NCBI GenBank assembly: GCA_964016885.1
Contig: OZ024753.1
Span: forward strand, 26,846,001 to 26,910,000
Reading direction: 5' to 3'
DNA length: 64,000 nucleotides
DNA from: Eledone cirrhosa
Taxonomy: Eukaryota
The stretch's first letter is position 1. Each line of letters opens with the position of its first letter. Under the pieces are notes generated by a model that searched no databases, was not told the origin of the DNA, and worked only from the letters and a program-made list of their open reading frames with translations. This document shows positions 24,966 through 36,371 of the stretch, in pieces. The translations under genes and the position numbers were made by a program.

Positions 24966-26799
24966 GTTCAACATCTTAACCATTAGGCCAGAGACCTTAT
25001 GTTTACAAAAATAGACACATTGAATAATGTGTCTAGAACGAAAAAAAAAAAAAGGCTGGATGGCCACAGCTAGAATATCTTTGATCAGAAGTGATTTGGG
25101 GTTAATATGACCAACTAAAGTCCCTTGAAAGAGGTGCCCAAGCATGGCTGCAGCCTAATGAGTGAAACTTGTAAAAGAAAAGAAAAAAGGAAAATGGCAG
25201 TGCCCCAGCATCGCCTTAGCATCTTGGCTGGAATATGCAATAGAGTAATAGAGTAAAAGAAAAGAATTGAATTACAAGTTTCTTTTTAATGAAAAGATAT
25301 AAGACATAAATGTAATATATAATAAATATTATCTCTCTTAATGAAATGTCTAAATGTCTGGAATGAGTTATTGTTGATAATATAAATATTTTTTACTATT
25401 AATAATAGTAATGTCCTATATCACATGAAACTATATTAACAAGATATCCTTCAAAATTAAAGGGTTCCAAATATTTACAACAATCTGTTTACTAATAAAG
25501 ATAGTATAAACATTTGAATTAACAAACTTGTTATAAGACCTTTTCTGCTAAATCATGACAGGATTTTGAAGAATTAAACTCCTCTTTAGTGATGGAATAT
25601 TTTTCAATATTTACACCTTGATTGATGTCAAATTATCAATATTTACACCTTGATTGATTGTCAAATTATCATTATGTGTCTTACATGTACCAAACTGAAT
25701 CTCAAGAATTAATCTAATAACTAGATTAAGGACAGCATGGAAGAAGTTTAGGGAACTACTACCCCTACTAACAACAAAAGGTTTCTCCCTCTGAATGAAA
25801 GGTCAGCAGTATGATGCCTGTGTGTGAAATGTCATGCTGCATGGTAGTAAGACATGGAAAAGTCACCATAAAAAAGATGATGATGATAACACAATTCATA
25901 TATTACAGTTAAGACACATACATCTGAGCTGTAAGAAATAATTATTTCAATAATTTATAAACACATTTACAGATCATCTGACCCTCACTAATATAGAAAA
26001 GTAGAAAGCAATATGGACAGAAACACTAACAAAACAAAAAGCCAAATAAACAATAATGCTATATAGCACAGATTTAACAGGTTTGAAACCCAGCTTTAGT
26101 CACATATGCACTGCACACAATATACATTATACAGAATATGAAAACATTGAACAAAAAACAAAAAAAAACTTTCATATTGTATTGCTCATATCATTGTAAC
26201 AGTAATATATTTTGTCAGGAAACCAATAGTCTGAACAGAACAACATAGAGAGGATATAAAAGGAAAACCTTGTAAGTAATGCAATTTGATGTTAGTGTCA
26301 TTATTTAGGCAGATGCTGCCACAGTTACTGGCAGAACTGTAAATCACCCACCTACTCCCAGGCTATACACAAACCCATCTAATAGAATTTCACCATGAAA
26401 ACCTCTTTAGTGGAAACATTGACAACTGTAATAGACGGACCAATAAAATGGGGTAAATCATACAGTGGTTGCACATTATCCAGTGAAGCGGGGATGAAAG
26501 TATTTTAGCTAACTGTAAATGATAGATAGTTTAGAATTGAACATGTCGCCCTCAATAACACACCGTTTGATAAACATTTGCCGGCAATCTGATTGTTCTG
26601 ATACACTAATGATAAAAGGCGGCTCCATAATATAATAGTTATTATCTGAGATAAAAAGACATGTAAATGGTAAACTAAATCTGTTTAGGAGAGAAAGAAA
26701 GAAAATAAAGTTAGAAGAATATTAATGTTGGTTGGAATAATTAGCAAGTCTTTGCTTGACCAACTGAAATAAAATTAGTTACTTATAGACTATTGACAG

Positions 26800-27090
26800 A
26801 TGGTTTCCAGAGAAATGCTGAATAATAACAACAACAAGAACATTAATAATTTATGCATAGCTTGGATAGACTTTAAGAAAGTCTTTGACATAGTCCAGCT
26901 TTCATGGGTACTGAAATGTTTGAGAATATTTGGGAGAGCAGACTGTGTTATTAATGTAATGGAATCTAGCATGCCTTTGTGGGAGACAAACCTGTAGGCA
27001 GGAAATAAACACCTAGGTGTGGTCAATATAAGAAAAAGAATATCTGAAGGAGACTCTTGAATATCCTCCATCTTGTTCACATCCTAGTCC
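26800..27090 (+). mobile_element. decayed Dong/R4-like RT fragment
   Basis: NLCIAWIDFKKVFDIVQLSWVLKCL..SMPLWETNL..IRKRISEGDS resembles R4/Dong RT motifs (AWIDYKKAFDSVPHSW..GIFQGDSLSP). Confidence 0.7.
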
Positions 27091-27169
27091 TTCTACTTTC
27101 ATTGTCAGTTTTAATCATATCACCAATATAACAGTATGGTATGTATTATTTTCCAATTCAAGAAAGTGT

Positions 27170-27760
27170 TTATATATAACAAATACCTTATGACATGTAG
27201 GCAGATGCTATCAGTATATCTAAAACAAATACCTCATAACATGTAGGAAGTCTCTATCACTATATCTAAAACAAATACCTCATGACATGTAGGCAGTCTC
27301 TATTAGTATATCTAAAACAAGTACCTAATGACATGTAGGCAGTCTCTATCTGTATATCTAAATCAGAAATCATTATTATTATTTCCATTATTATTTTTTA
27401 TTGCACATCATTACTGCTTTACCGAGCACAGCTCTGTGCGCCTTGGGTATGAGCAGTGTAGTTTTTGCTGCTGCTGTTTCTATTGTATTGATAGTACTTT
27501 TTGTAATATGCATGCAGTGCCTAGTAGTGCTATCTTTAGTATGCTGTATATATTTGTAAGCCCTGGGGGTTGGCTATGTATTTGTTATTATTGTTGGATT
27601 GGCCGAATCGTTAGAGCATAGGTGAAAATGCCTTGCGATATTTTGTTACAGGTTTTTAAGTGCCTCATATCATGTAGGCAGTCTCTATTAGTATATCAAA
27701 AACAAATACCTAATATCATGTAGGCAGACTCTATCAATATATCTATAATACATACCTCGT
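27170..27760. repeat. ~46-bp tandem repeat derived from the exon donor region, interrupted by a LINE 3' end
   Basis: tatatctaaaacaaatacctcatgacatgtaggcagtctctat, about 6 copies. Confidence 0.85.
27370..27570 (-). mobile_element. Dong/R4-like LINE 3' end
   Basis: Minus-strand translation PGLTNIYSILKIALLGTACILQKVLSIQ* (cf. QKxALLGTAxILRKVL); (TAA)n tail. Confidence 0.7.
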
Positions 27761-27836
27761 ATCTCTGGTGGGAAGCTGCTTCTATGGTAGGAGAATCTTT
27801 CCCTTTTCGACCCAATGGATTTTGGCATAGAAGGTT
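27756..27836 (-). CDS. RNF220: RNF220-like exon (NLLCQNPLGRKGKDSPTIEAASHQRYE)
   Basis: Acceptor tttttttccag and donor gtatgt; 81 nt, phase 0/0. It ends in RYE and leads into TYQRIK, resembling RNF220 'RYQTFLRVRANRQ'. Confidence 0.8.
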
Positions 27837-28415
27837 CTGGAAAAAAAAATGTATAAATAAAAAGAGAAATAAAGAGCTGACAAAGAGAAATTGATTAAAA
27901 TATATTAAAATATTAACATCGTTATATATTTTATTTCTAGAGTAATATGGATTTATTGAACTCAGTTTTATTTGTTTCTATTTAGACCAAGTTTTCCAAG
28001 TATTCTATCCAAAACATAGTATTGATAGAAGCATACAAAAGAAACAGTTAATAGTCTGATAAACTCATACTGCTATATTAAAATATATTTATAATGTTAC
28101 GAAGGAGTAACGACACTTCCACTCCATCACTAGATTATTATGTGTTCTACTAAAAGCCCTGAGAAGCAGTTAACATGTTACATAAGGTAGCAACTACTTA
28201 AGCTAAATGATGTATTAAACTGACAAAATAATGATGGACATTAAATATAGTATTATTATGGAGAAGCATTAACTAACAACACATTAATGACAATTGCTGA
28301 AACAATATCACATCTATCTTGAATGATTAACTAGTAGCAACTGCTTTACTACACAGATGATCACAACAATGAAGGCTAATATTGATAGCTATTAAACATC
28401 TGAGAGAGAGAGTCT

Positions 28416-28467
<52 letters not shown>

Positions 28468-28633
28468 AAGGCACACATTAAGTATAAATACATCATAGTA
28501 GTCATTAAATGTACATACATTATAAAGAAGGCCATTAAATATACATTATAGAGGCAAACATCTTATACATATCAAGTAGAGACATTTAATATATACACAC
28601 AGAAACACACACCATGTATGTATGTGTGTATAT

Positions 28634-28992
28634 ATATCATCATCATTTTAAGTCCGCTTTTCCCTGCTTGCAAGGGTGGGATGGGTCCTATTCAGCACAG
28701 CATCTCTCCACTTGCCACGGTCCTTTGTCATCTCCACCGTGAGCTTCAGCGATCTGAGGTCTGCTCTCACCACCTCCGCCTATGTTTTTCACGGTTTTCC
28801 TCTACTACGTCTTCCTTCAACTGGCATTTCTTGACACTTCTTCACCCATCGGTCATCCTCCATGCGCATCACATGTCCATACCATCGCAGTCTCCTCTCC
28901 TGCACACAACAATTTATCCCTCTCAGATACAGTTTCTCTCTCAACACATCCATGCACGGCCGTTCACGCACATTGACATTGCACATATATGT
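28634..28992 (-). mobile_element. RTE LINE 3' fragment (same family as 53834-54533)
   Basis: MCNVNVRERPCMDVLREKL..ERRLRWYGHVMRMEDDRWVKKC; (GAT)n tail. Confidence 0.9.
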
Positions 28993-29441
28993 GTGTGAAA
29001 AATCAACAAGGAAAAACAACATGGGAGAACAACACAGTACAATGATGATATATAATAGTTTAACGGAGAAAAGTCTCTCAATGTTTCGGACATTAGTCCT
29101 TCATCGGAATATAAAATAAGAAAGTTATTTACTTTTCCTTAATATCTCCAAATTCTTGATTATTTTCAAAAAATAACTATGTGAGGTAAAGCCTTTACCA
29201 CAAAAATACAATAGTATAGGGTAACGTAAATGCTAAAGGGTTAAGAGTACTGCTTACATACATTAGACAGTGTAGAAGATAAACACACACACGCACACAC
29301 TCTAGAGGTGATTGATGGTCAACCATCCACTCTACAACAAATCTGAAAGCCCTGTGAAAACCATGAAGAACAGAATTAGCAGTAGGGTGCTGGACAATAC
29401 TGTGCACCACAATGTAATATGTAGTTATGTTCTTTTACATC

Positions 29442-30080
29442 GTTAGTTGATGCTGGGCGTATCCATTTTAGAATCAATACACCATGTTTGTGAGTGTTGT
29501 AAGAGGCAACTCAGAAGATTTGGTGCCAGGAAGGGCATCTAAACATAAAACATTGCCTCAAAATAACCCCATGATAAAAATAAATCCTTTCGTGGAGTCT
29601 GTAAGGCTAACACTAGCTTTAGCAGTGAAATGACTGTAACCCTTTAGCATTTAAACCGGCTGTGTCCAGCTAGAATTCTCTCACCTCTTTCTGTTCAAAC
29701 TGGTTGCTCATACTGACATTAAGGTGTTGTTCTCAAAATAAATAATATCAAAATCTCGTAGATTCAATATTATGTGAGGTAAAGCCTTTACCCCAAAAAT
29801 ACAATAGCAAATATAGAGTAATGCAAATGCTAAAGGGTTAAAACACTGGTTGTTTCTTGTTAGTTAATACTGGGTATATCCACTTTAGAATCAATACACC
29901 ATGTTCGTGTGTGTTGTAAGAGGCAACTCAGAAGATCTGGTGCCAGGAAGGGCATCTAAACATAAAACATTGCCTCAAAATGACCCCATGATAAAAATAA
30001 ATCCCTTCGTGGAGTCTGTAAGGCTAACCCTTGCTTTAGCAGTGAAATAGCCTTAAAACACTGGTTGTTTATTGTTATAT
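29442..30080. repeat. ~215-bp tandem duplication; the first copy carries a family A MITE (29640-29837)
   Basis: Units start at 29442 and 29859; the empty TTAA site is at 30053-30056. Confidence 0.9.
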
Positions 30081-30179
30081 TGACAATTAATCTCAACAAA
30101 CATCAACTTTGCCTTTCATTCTTTCAGGGTTGATGAAATAAGTAGTAATCTATAAATATATTAAATTGTTAGAATTGTT

Positions 30180-30372
30180 TTAGAAAGCCAGTACAATGAA
30201 AGATGGAAACAAAAGAGTGAAAAGAAGCAATGTAAAACAGCTAATCACCATCCACCATTTTCTATTGATAAAGGGGTTTTAACTCTGAATCACTGAAATA
30301 ATTGCTGTTTTGTTTTACTTGGCTTCAATTTTCACCCCTTTATTTCCAACTTACATTATACTGGCTTTCTAA
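30180..30372. mobile_element. old fold-back/MITE-like element
   Basis: ttagaaagccagtacaatg pairs with cattatactggctttctaa, with further imperfect internal pairing. Confidence 0.6.
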
Positions 30373-30706
30373 TAGATTTTAACTTTATCTCACAATGCTT
30401 CATTTAACCCCTTTGACATCACACTGCCTGAAACCGCCCTTCATTCCATTATACAAAACATCTATATTTAAAAACTTTCCATCGTAATTTTATATAAGAA
30501 TCTTTAAGTTATGTTTCCAAACACCAAAGTTAGTTATATTACTGAATAATTATTATCCTGCTAAATTCTTGATTATTTAGAAAATAAGTGTGTTTCATTA
30601 GAATTATAACAACAGAAGCTTTACACGATAGCTATATATGTTCAAACCAATGAGGGAACTATACAAGCAATGGTTACTCCTCCAATTCTCCTGCTGCCAA
30701 GATTAA

Positions 30707-30926
30707 CCTTTTAGCATTTACATTACGCTATATACACTATTGTATTTTGGTGGTAAAGGTTTACCTCACGCAATTATCTGACATAATATCGAATCTATGA
30801 GATTTTGATGTTATTTATTTTGAGAACAATTCTTTAATGTCAGTATGAGTGGCCGGTTACAACAAGTTTGAACAGAAAGAGGTGAGAGAATTCTGGCTGG
30901 ATATGGCCGGTTTAAATGCTAAAGGG
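30707..30926 (+). mobile_element. family A MITE (orientation X)
   Basis: TTAA flanks and family TIRs. Confidence 0.85.
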
Positions 30927-31418
30927 TTAAATCATACATTTTGATGACTCCACTAAAATACATACAGACTACCATGGTTTCTGTGGTTGGATAACTCTCC
31001 AAATGCCAATTACTTTATAGCGTGTACCATATAAACACACAGAGTAAAAAATTATGAGAACATAAAAAGCTGAGGATATAATCACTTTTTTTAAAATAAT
31101 TGAAAATAATTGAAATATCTAATTAATACATTAATAATTGTATTTTATTATATGAAGAACAACTAACACACACACACATGTAGTTCTATGTGGAATAACA
31201 TCTACATCTTAGTGAGTTTCTTAACATGTGAAACTCAATATAAAAAATAGTGAAAAGAATGTAGTGACAGGTAAAGGCTATATTCCACAGCTTTCTTAGA
31301 TCTTCCTGACATGGACGGAATGACATCAGGTTTAGATTTGTTTGGGATTAAGAAGAGCTTAAGTTCTTGCTGTACTAAATCAGTGTCTTAGTTTTTGATT
31401 AGCTACTGGAACCTGTTC

Positions 31419-31452
<34 letters not shown>

Positions 31453-31586
31453 TCATCATTTTACGTCCGCTTTTCCCTGCTTGCAAGATATATATATATA
31501 TTTATTAGTAGTAATAGCTTGGTAGAAATATCCAAGCGTAAGCGCACTCAATCCATAGGACAAGTTGAGTAACTAATTATATATAT

Positions 31587-31860
31587 GGAGGCACGTGGCA
31601 TAGTGGTAAGGGTGTTGGACTTACGATCATAATGTTGTGGGTTCGATTCTTGGCTTGCGTGTTGTGTTCTTGAGCAAAACACTTCATTTCATGTTGCTCC
31701 AGTATACTCAGCTGAAAATGAGTACCAGCAATAGTTGAGGGTTTAACCCTATGATGGACTGGCGTCCTGTCCAGTGGAGAGTCTTGTACTCTTAGTCGCT
31801 TCACGCCATGAAACCGGGATAAGCACCGGCTAAATGAGCCTTCTGGCTTACTACAGACTA
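31587..31860 (+). mobile_element. tRNA-derived SINE, second family (Meta/V-like core)
   Basis: A-box tggcatagtgg and B-box ggttcgattc; core ttgagcaaaacactt..ttgctccagt..ctcagctg; inserted in a TA run. Confidence 0.8.
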
Positions 31861-33406
31861 TATATATATACAAGGTTTACTAAAATTGTTGATATTAATT
31901 CATCAATCTCCGCCCATGACTCACTCACTCAATGAATCTATAAGATTACAGTAGTGAAACTGCATCCCGTTGTTCAGAGTACACACAATTTAGATAATAG
32001 CAAGTGCAATTGCTGTGTTTTGGTACAGATACGTTATGCATTTATCTCCTTAATGGAATCTGTTTCTGTGCAATATATTTCACAACTACAGATATTAAAC
32101 TTGCAGTGTTCAGAAAATTGCATATTATCAGCACTTCCTCAGCAGATGCCCAAGTTAATACATTGGTCTTTGTAGTGTGTATAGCAGCATGTATTGCTCT
32201 GATAATGAATCTAGCAGTTTTATGCTAACATAACACACGACCTCTAATGAAAATAGAGGAAGACCGCTGCATGGGAAAACGTGTTACGTTGGTTGAATTC
32301 AAACTAGAATTCTTGCCAAAATAGAACAGCTATGGTCAGAAGTGGAATGGAGAATCAAACTTGGAGTCACTTGATTGTGAAGTGAGCTTCTTAACCATAC
32401 AGCCATGCCTGTGTAAGGTTTACAGTACTTTTCCATGCTGACATGTGATGAACAGACATGCAATTCAACAGTCTTGTATTTGTCCATACCCTAAAGTATG
32501 CAGGGCCAATATGTTCCATACAGACTTTGTTCATGGACTTGGCAGTGTTCCAAGAAACAATGTTTTATAGGAAGATTTTGCTGAGTTATTTATGATGTAG
32601 GAGTGTACTGACTTGAGATAACATCAGAGAAATGTACTAGTTGACCCCATGGAAATTACGCAGTTTAAAATCAAATTGTCACTACATTAGTTCACTTGTC
32701 TTTCATGCAGAAATAGACAAACACTGAAGACTATGTTAAAGATTTAAAGATTGAAAATAGATCACTTAAATATATACATACTCACGATATATATACACAT
32801 ATATATATACATACGCCTCTCTCTCTCTCTATACACACACACACATATATATACATATGTCTATACACACACATCTTTATATATTTTACCCTTTTGATAC
32901 GAACCCAGCCAAATCATGCTCTAGTTTTATTTAACAAAACCAACCATTTTAAAGGAGGTAGAGTGAGGTTTAAGGGAGACTTAGCTGCTATTTCTAGCAG
33001 GTTATACAAACACATTATTAGCTTGTCTGTTACTGCTGTGATTGGCTGACAACTTTTTTCTTAATTCAACCTTTGACAACAACAGGAATTTATTTACTGC
33101 AGGTTCAATGAAACAAAACCATCTTTAAATGATTTCTATTTAAATCAAAATCTTCCAACATAACTTCATATAATAACCATTTGTTTAGTTGCTATATTAG
33201 TAATGAAATAATTCATATTTTTAGTCAATCCCTCAAAATACTCCATTAATTAATTAAAGTAAATTGCATTTTATTAGAGATAGTTACAAAAGGATTAACA
33301 ATGAACCCCACCCCCACAAAAAAGTGCAGCAAAAAGAAAAATATAATCTAAAATTAAGACAGATGTAAAATAAGAAAATCTTAGGGAGAATAATAAAGAA
33401 ACTTAC

Positions 33407-33449
33407 TTTTCGGTTCTGTAATGTGGATTCTCGAGATCTGCGATTGATC
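33407..33449 (-). CDS. RNF220: RNF220-like exon (INRRSRESTLQNRK)
   Basis: Acceptor tctttcag and donor gtaagt; 43 nt, phase 2 in and phase 0 out, which bridges the flanking exons in frame. Sequence is poorly conserved. Confidence 0.75.
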
Positions 33450-33752
33450 CTGAAAGATAATGCAGGAAACTAATTTATACTACCGACCAAGATTTCATAG
33501 AGTATAAATATTCTGGCAACATCATTACTATTTTACATGTTTATATATTTATTGGCATGCTGGCATGTTCATAAACCTGTATGTGTTCACAAGTATATTT
33601 GTAATTCAGTGTCAAATAACAGGTTAGTTAGTATATATACAACTAAACTGTAGACAGCTAAAATGTGGAGGATGATGATAATGAATTTTATGAAAAATGG
33701 AATGAGAGGAGCGTTTGAAAGGAATATGGATGAAGTAAAAGGGGAAGATTAA

Positions 33753-33945
33753 CCCTTTAGCATTTAATTTATTCTATATTTACTATTATATTTTCAAGGT
33801 AAAGGCTTTATCTCACATAATATCGAATGTATGATATTTTGATAACAATACCTTAACATAAGTATGAGCAGCTGGTTACAACTGGTTTGAACAGAAAGAG
33901 GTGAGAGAATTCTGGTCAGATATGGCCGGTTTAAATGCTAAAGGT
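33753..33945 (+). mobile_element. family A MITE (orientation X), followed by a family B end
   Basis: TTAA flanks and family TIRs. Confidence 0.85.
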
Positions 33946-35127
33946 TTAAACAGGAATTCTTTAAAATTAGTGGTTTTGTTTCATAGAATCAGAAGTGGTT
34001 TTTGGCAGGTTGGTGTCAAAAAGATTAAGAGAAGAGAACCAACTGGATAACTAAATGGGCATATACTATTGACATAACTGGAATGATTTTCTAATTTTCT
34101 CACTGTCATCCCAGAGAATAGAGATATAAGTTGTCTTCTTATGTAGAAATAAGCAGAAACCTCTTGTATGCAATATTGCTGAAGTAGTTTTATTAGGAAA
34201 GTAAAGTAGAGCAGCCACCCATTGAGCATACAGGAAAAAAGAGTGTATTAAACACTTGTGGCAAACCAGAGAATGATAAATGGGGTTTATGGTTGCTTTG
34301 ACAGATACAAATGAAAATAACCTAGTCTCTGCCACTGAACATTTATTGATAGTTATTATTTTTCCCTATTATTCCTCCAATCGTAAATATTTGTGAATAG
34401 TAACAAAGTAAAGAGAATAGAGTGTAATTGTAAGATGTAGTTCATATGTGCAGTGACTAGTTTTCTATTCTCATTGACAATTTATTCTCCATTCAAACCA
34501 TACCATTACAAGAACCTACTCTAGTCAAATAATACAAAAGAGACCATGAAGCAAATGATAAATAGTGTATAAAAAACAGCAAAAACAACAATAAAAAAGT
34601 GTATAGTGCAAGAACTGGACATCAATACTAATGGAAACTGAGACACATGACAAGGCCAGGATGTGACAAATAGATAAATGACATCAAGAACTCACAGTGA
34701 CACTGTTGTTATAATGTAAATATATAGATTTTTGTCTTTGTTCTCAGCTGTAGGCTGTAATAAAATAATTCCTGACAAGTAAACTGAAACCTACACCCCC
34801 AACTGCTTATTATTTACCTGTAACTGTTATTAGCAGTCTTATGAATTACAACACTGACTAGGCTGAATCAATAAATAACACTTTTAAGGGAATGTCTAGT
34901 TAGAATAGAACACTCAGACACCACACATACTTTTTCTTCCTTTCTCCAAGTATTTCTAGTTTTTGTATCACTGTATTATCAAACATTATGAAGACATTAC
35001 TAAAAAGCATTTAAAGTTAACTTCTATTCTAAACGTCTTGTCATTTGAGTGATAAAAATAATAATAACAAACTCTTATAAGAACATTATTAGTGACATAC
35101 CACAATCATTTATTTTCCAATTATTAA

Positions 35128-35526
35128 CCCTTTAGCATTTATGCTGGCTGTATCCGGCCAGAATACTCTTACCTCTTTCTGTTCAAACTGGCTGTTCATA
35201 CTGATGTTAAGGTATTGTTCTCAAAATATCTCAGATTCAATATTATGTGAGATAAAGATTTTACCGTGACTATATAATAGTAGATATAGAGTAATGTAAA
35301 TGCTAAAGGGTTAAGCAACAGAATTCAGAACAACAGCAATTTTAGAGGAGAGGAAAGTTGATTAAATCAACCCCCAGTGCATGACTGGTACTTTATCTAA
35401 TCAACCCTGTAAGAATGAAAGACAAAGCCAACTTCAACAGGAACTGAACTCAGAACTCAAAGGGCCGTAACTCTATGCTGCAAAACAGTGTCCGATGTTC
35501 CACGAATATTGCCAATCCATCGCCCA
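35128..35526 (-). mobile_element. family A MITE (35128-35310, orientation Y) and Nin-domain SINE (35335-35526)
   Basis: TTAA|CCCTTTAGC..GCTAAAGGG|TTAA, then the reverse complement of the SINE core. Confidence 0.8.
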
Positions 35527-35690
35527 ATAATAACATACTGGTGGAAAATGTAAGGAAGATAAATGTTTTATATAAAGTATAAAATTATAAAGAGGGTAAA
35601 TATATATATAGATCTGTCTGATGGTAGCTAAGATGCTTCCATAGGCGGTATGCTGGTTGAGCACTCTATGTTCTTACAGAGAAGAGTATG

Positions 35691-35928
35691 ATAGAATAGA
35701 AAACGAAAAATCAGTGATGCATCTGAACTCAATTTATTGTGTGTTACAATTGTTTCGCCGGTGAGAGAATATGCTCCGAAATCATTAGACGTGTCCGTCA
35801 AACCTGCGGGTCCAGAATCAGACAGATCCACACAATGATCGCATCTCGAGCTGTCCGCCGGCGAAACAATTGTAACACATAATAAATTGAGTTCAGATGC
35901 ATCATTGATTTTTCGTTTTCTATTCTAT
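35691..35928. repeat. palindrome with ~71-bp near-perfect arms and ~96-bp spacer
   Basis: atagaatagaaaacgaaaaatc..ttacaattgtttcgccgg pairs with ccggcgaaacaattgtaa..gatttttcgttttctattctat. Confidence 0.95.
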
Positions 35929-35949
35929 ATATATATATAATGAAGTAGG

Positions 35950-36325
35950 TGTGGTAAGGAACCAGATGGACCATAACGCACCAGAATACTCAATACTTAG
36001 GGTAGTAGAGTGGGTAATAGGAAAAAGTTTGATCCCGACGGCAGAGCTCAAGCCGTTTCGACGGCTATTTCAGTCCAGAAAAAGCCGTTGAAACGGCTTG
36101 AGTTCTGCCGTCGGGGTCAAACATTTTCCTATATATATATATATATATATAGGAGAAAGTATGACCCCGACGGCAGAGCTCAAGCCGTTTCGACGGCTAT
36201 TTCTGGAAAGGCGTCGAAACGGCTTGAGCTCTGCCGTTGGGGTCATACTTTTCCCTATTTCCCACTCTACTACCCTAAGTATTGAGTACCCTGGTGCGTT
36301 ATGGTCCATCTGGTTCCATACCACA
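35950..36325. repeat. nested palindrome: outer inverted arms enclosing two near-identical hairpins separated by (TA)n
   Basis: Outer arms tgtggtaaggaaccagatggaccataacgcaccag.. and ..ctggtgcgttatggtccatctggttccataccaca; inner hairpins at about 36017-36131 and 36150-36257. Confidence 0.95.
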
Positions 36326-36335
36326 ATCCCTTTGT

Positions 36336-36371
<36 letters not shown>

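Noticed and set aside
31587-31665. tRNA genes (also at 56591 and 59369)
   Set aside because: A and B boxes are present, but there is no full cloverleaf and each continues into a SINE body.
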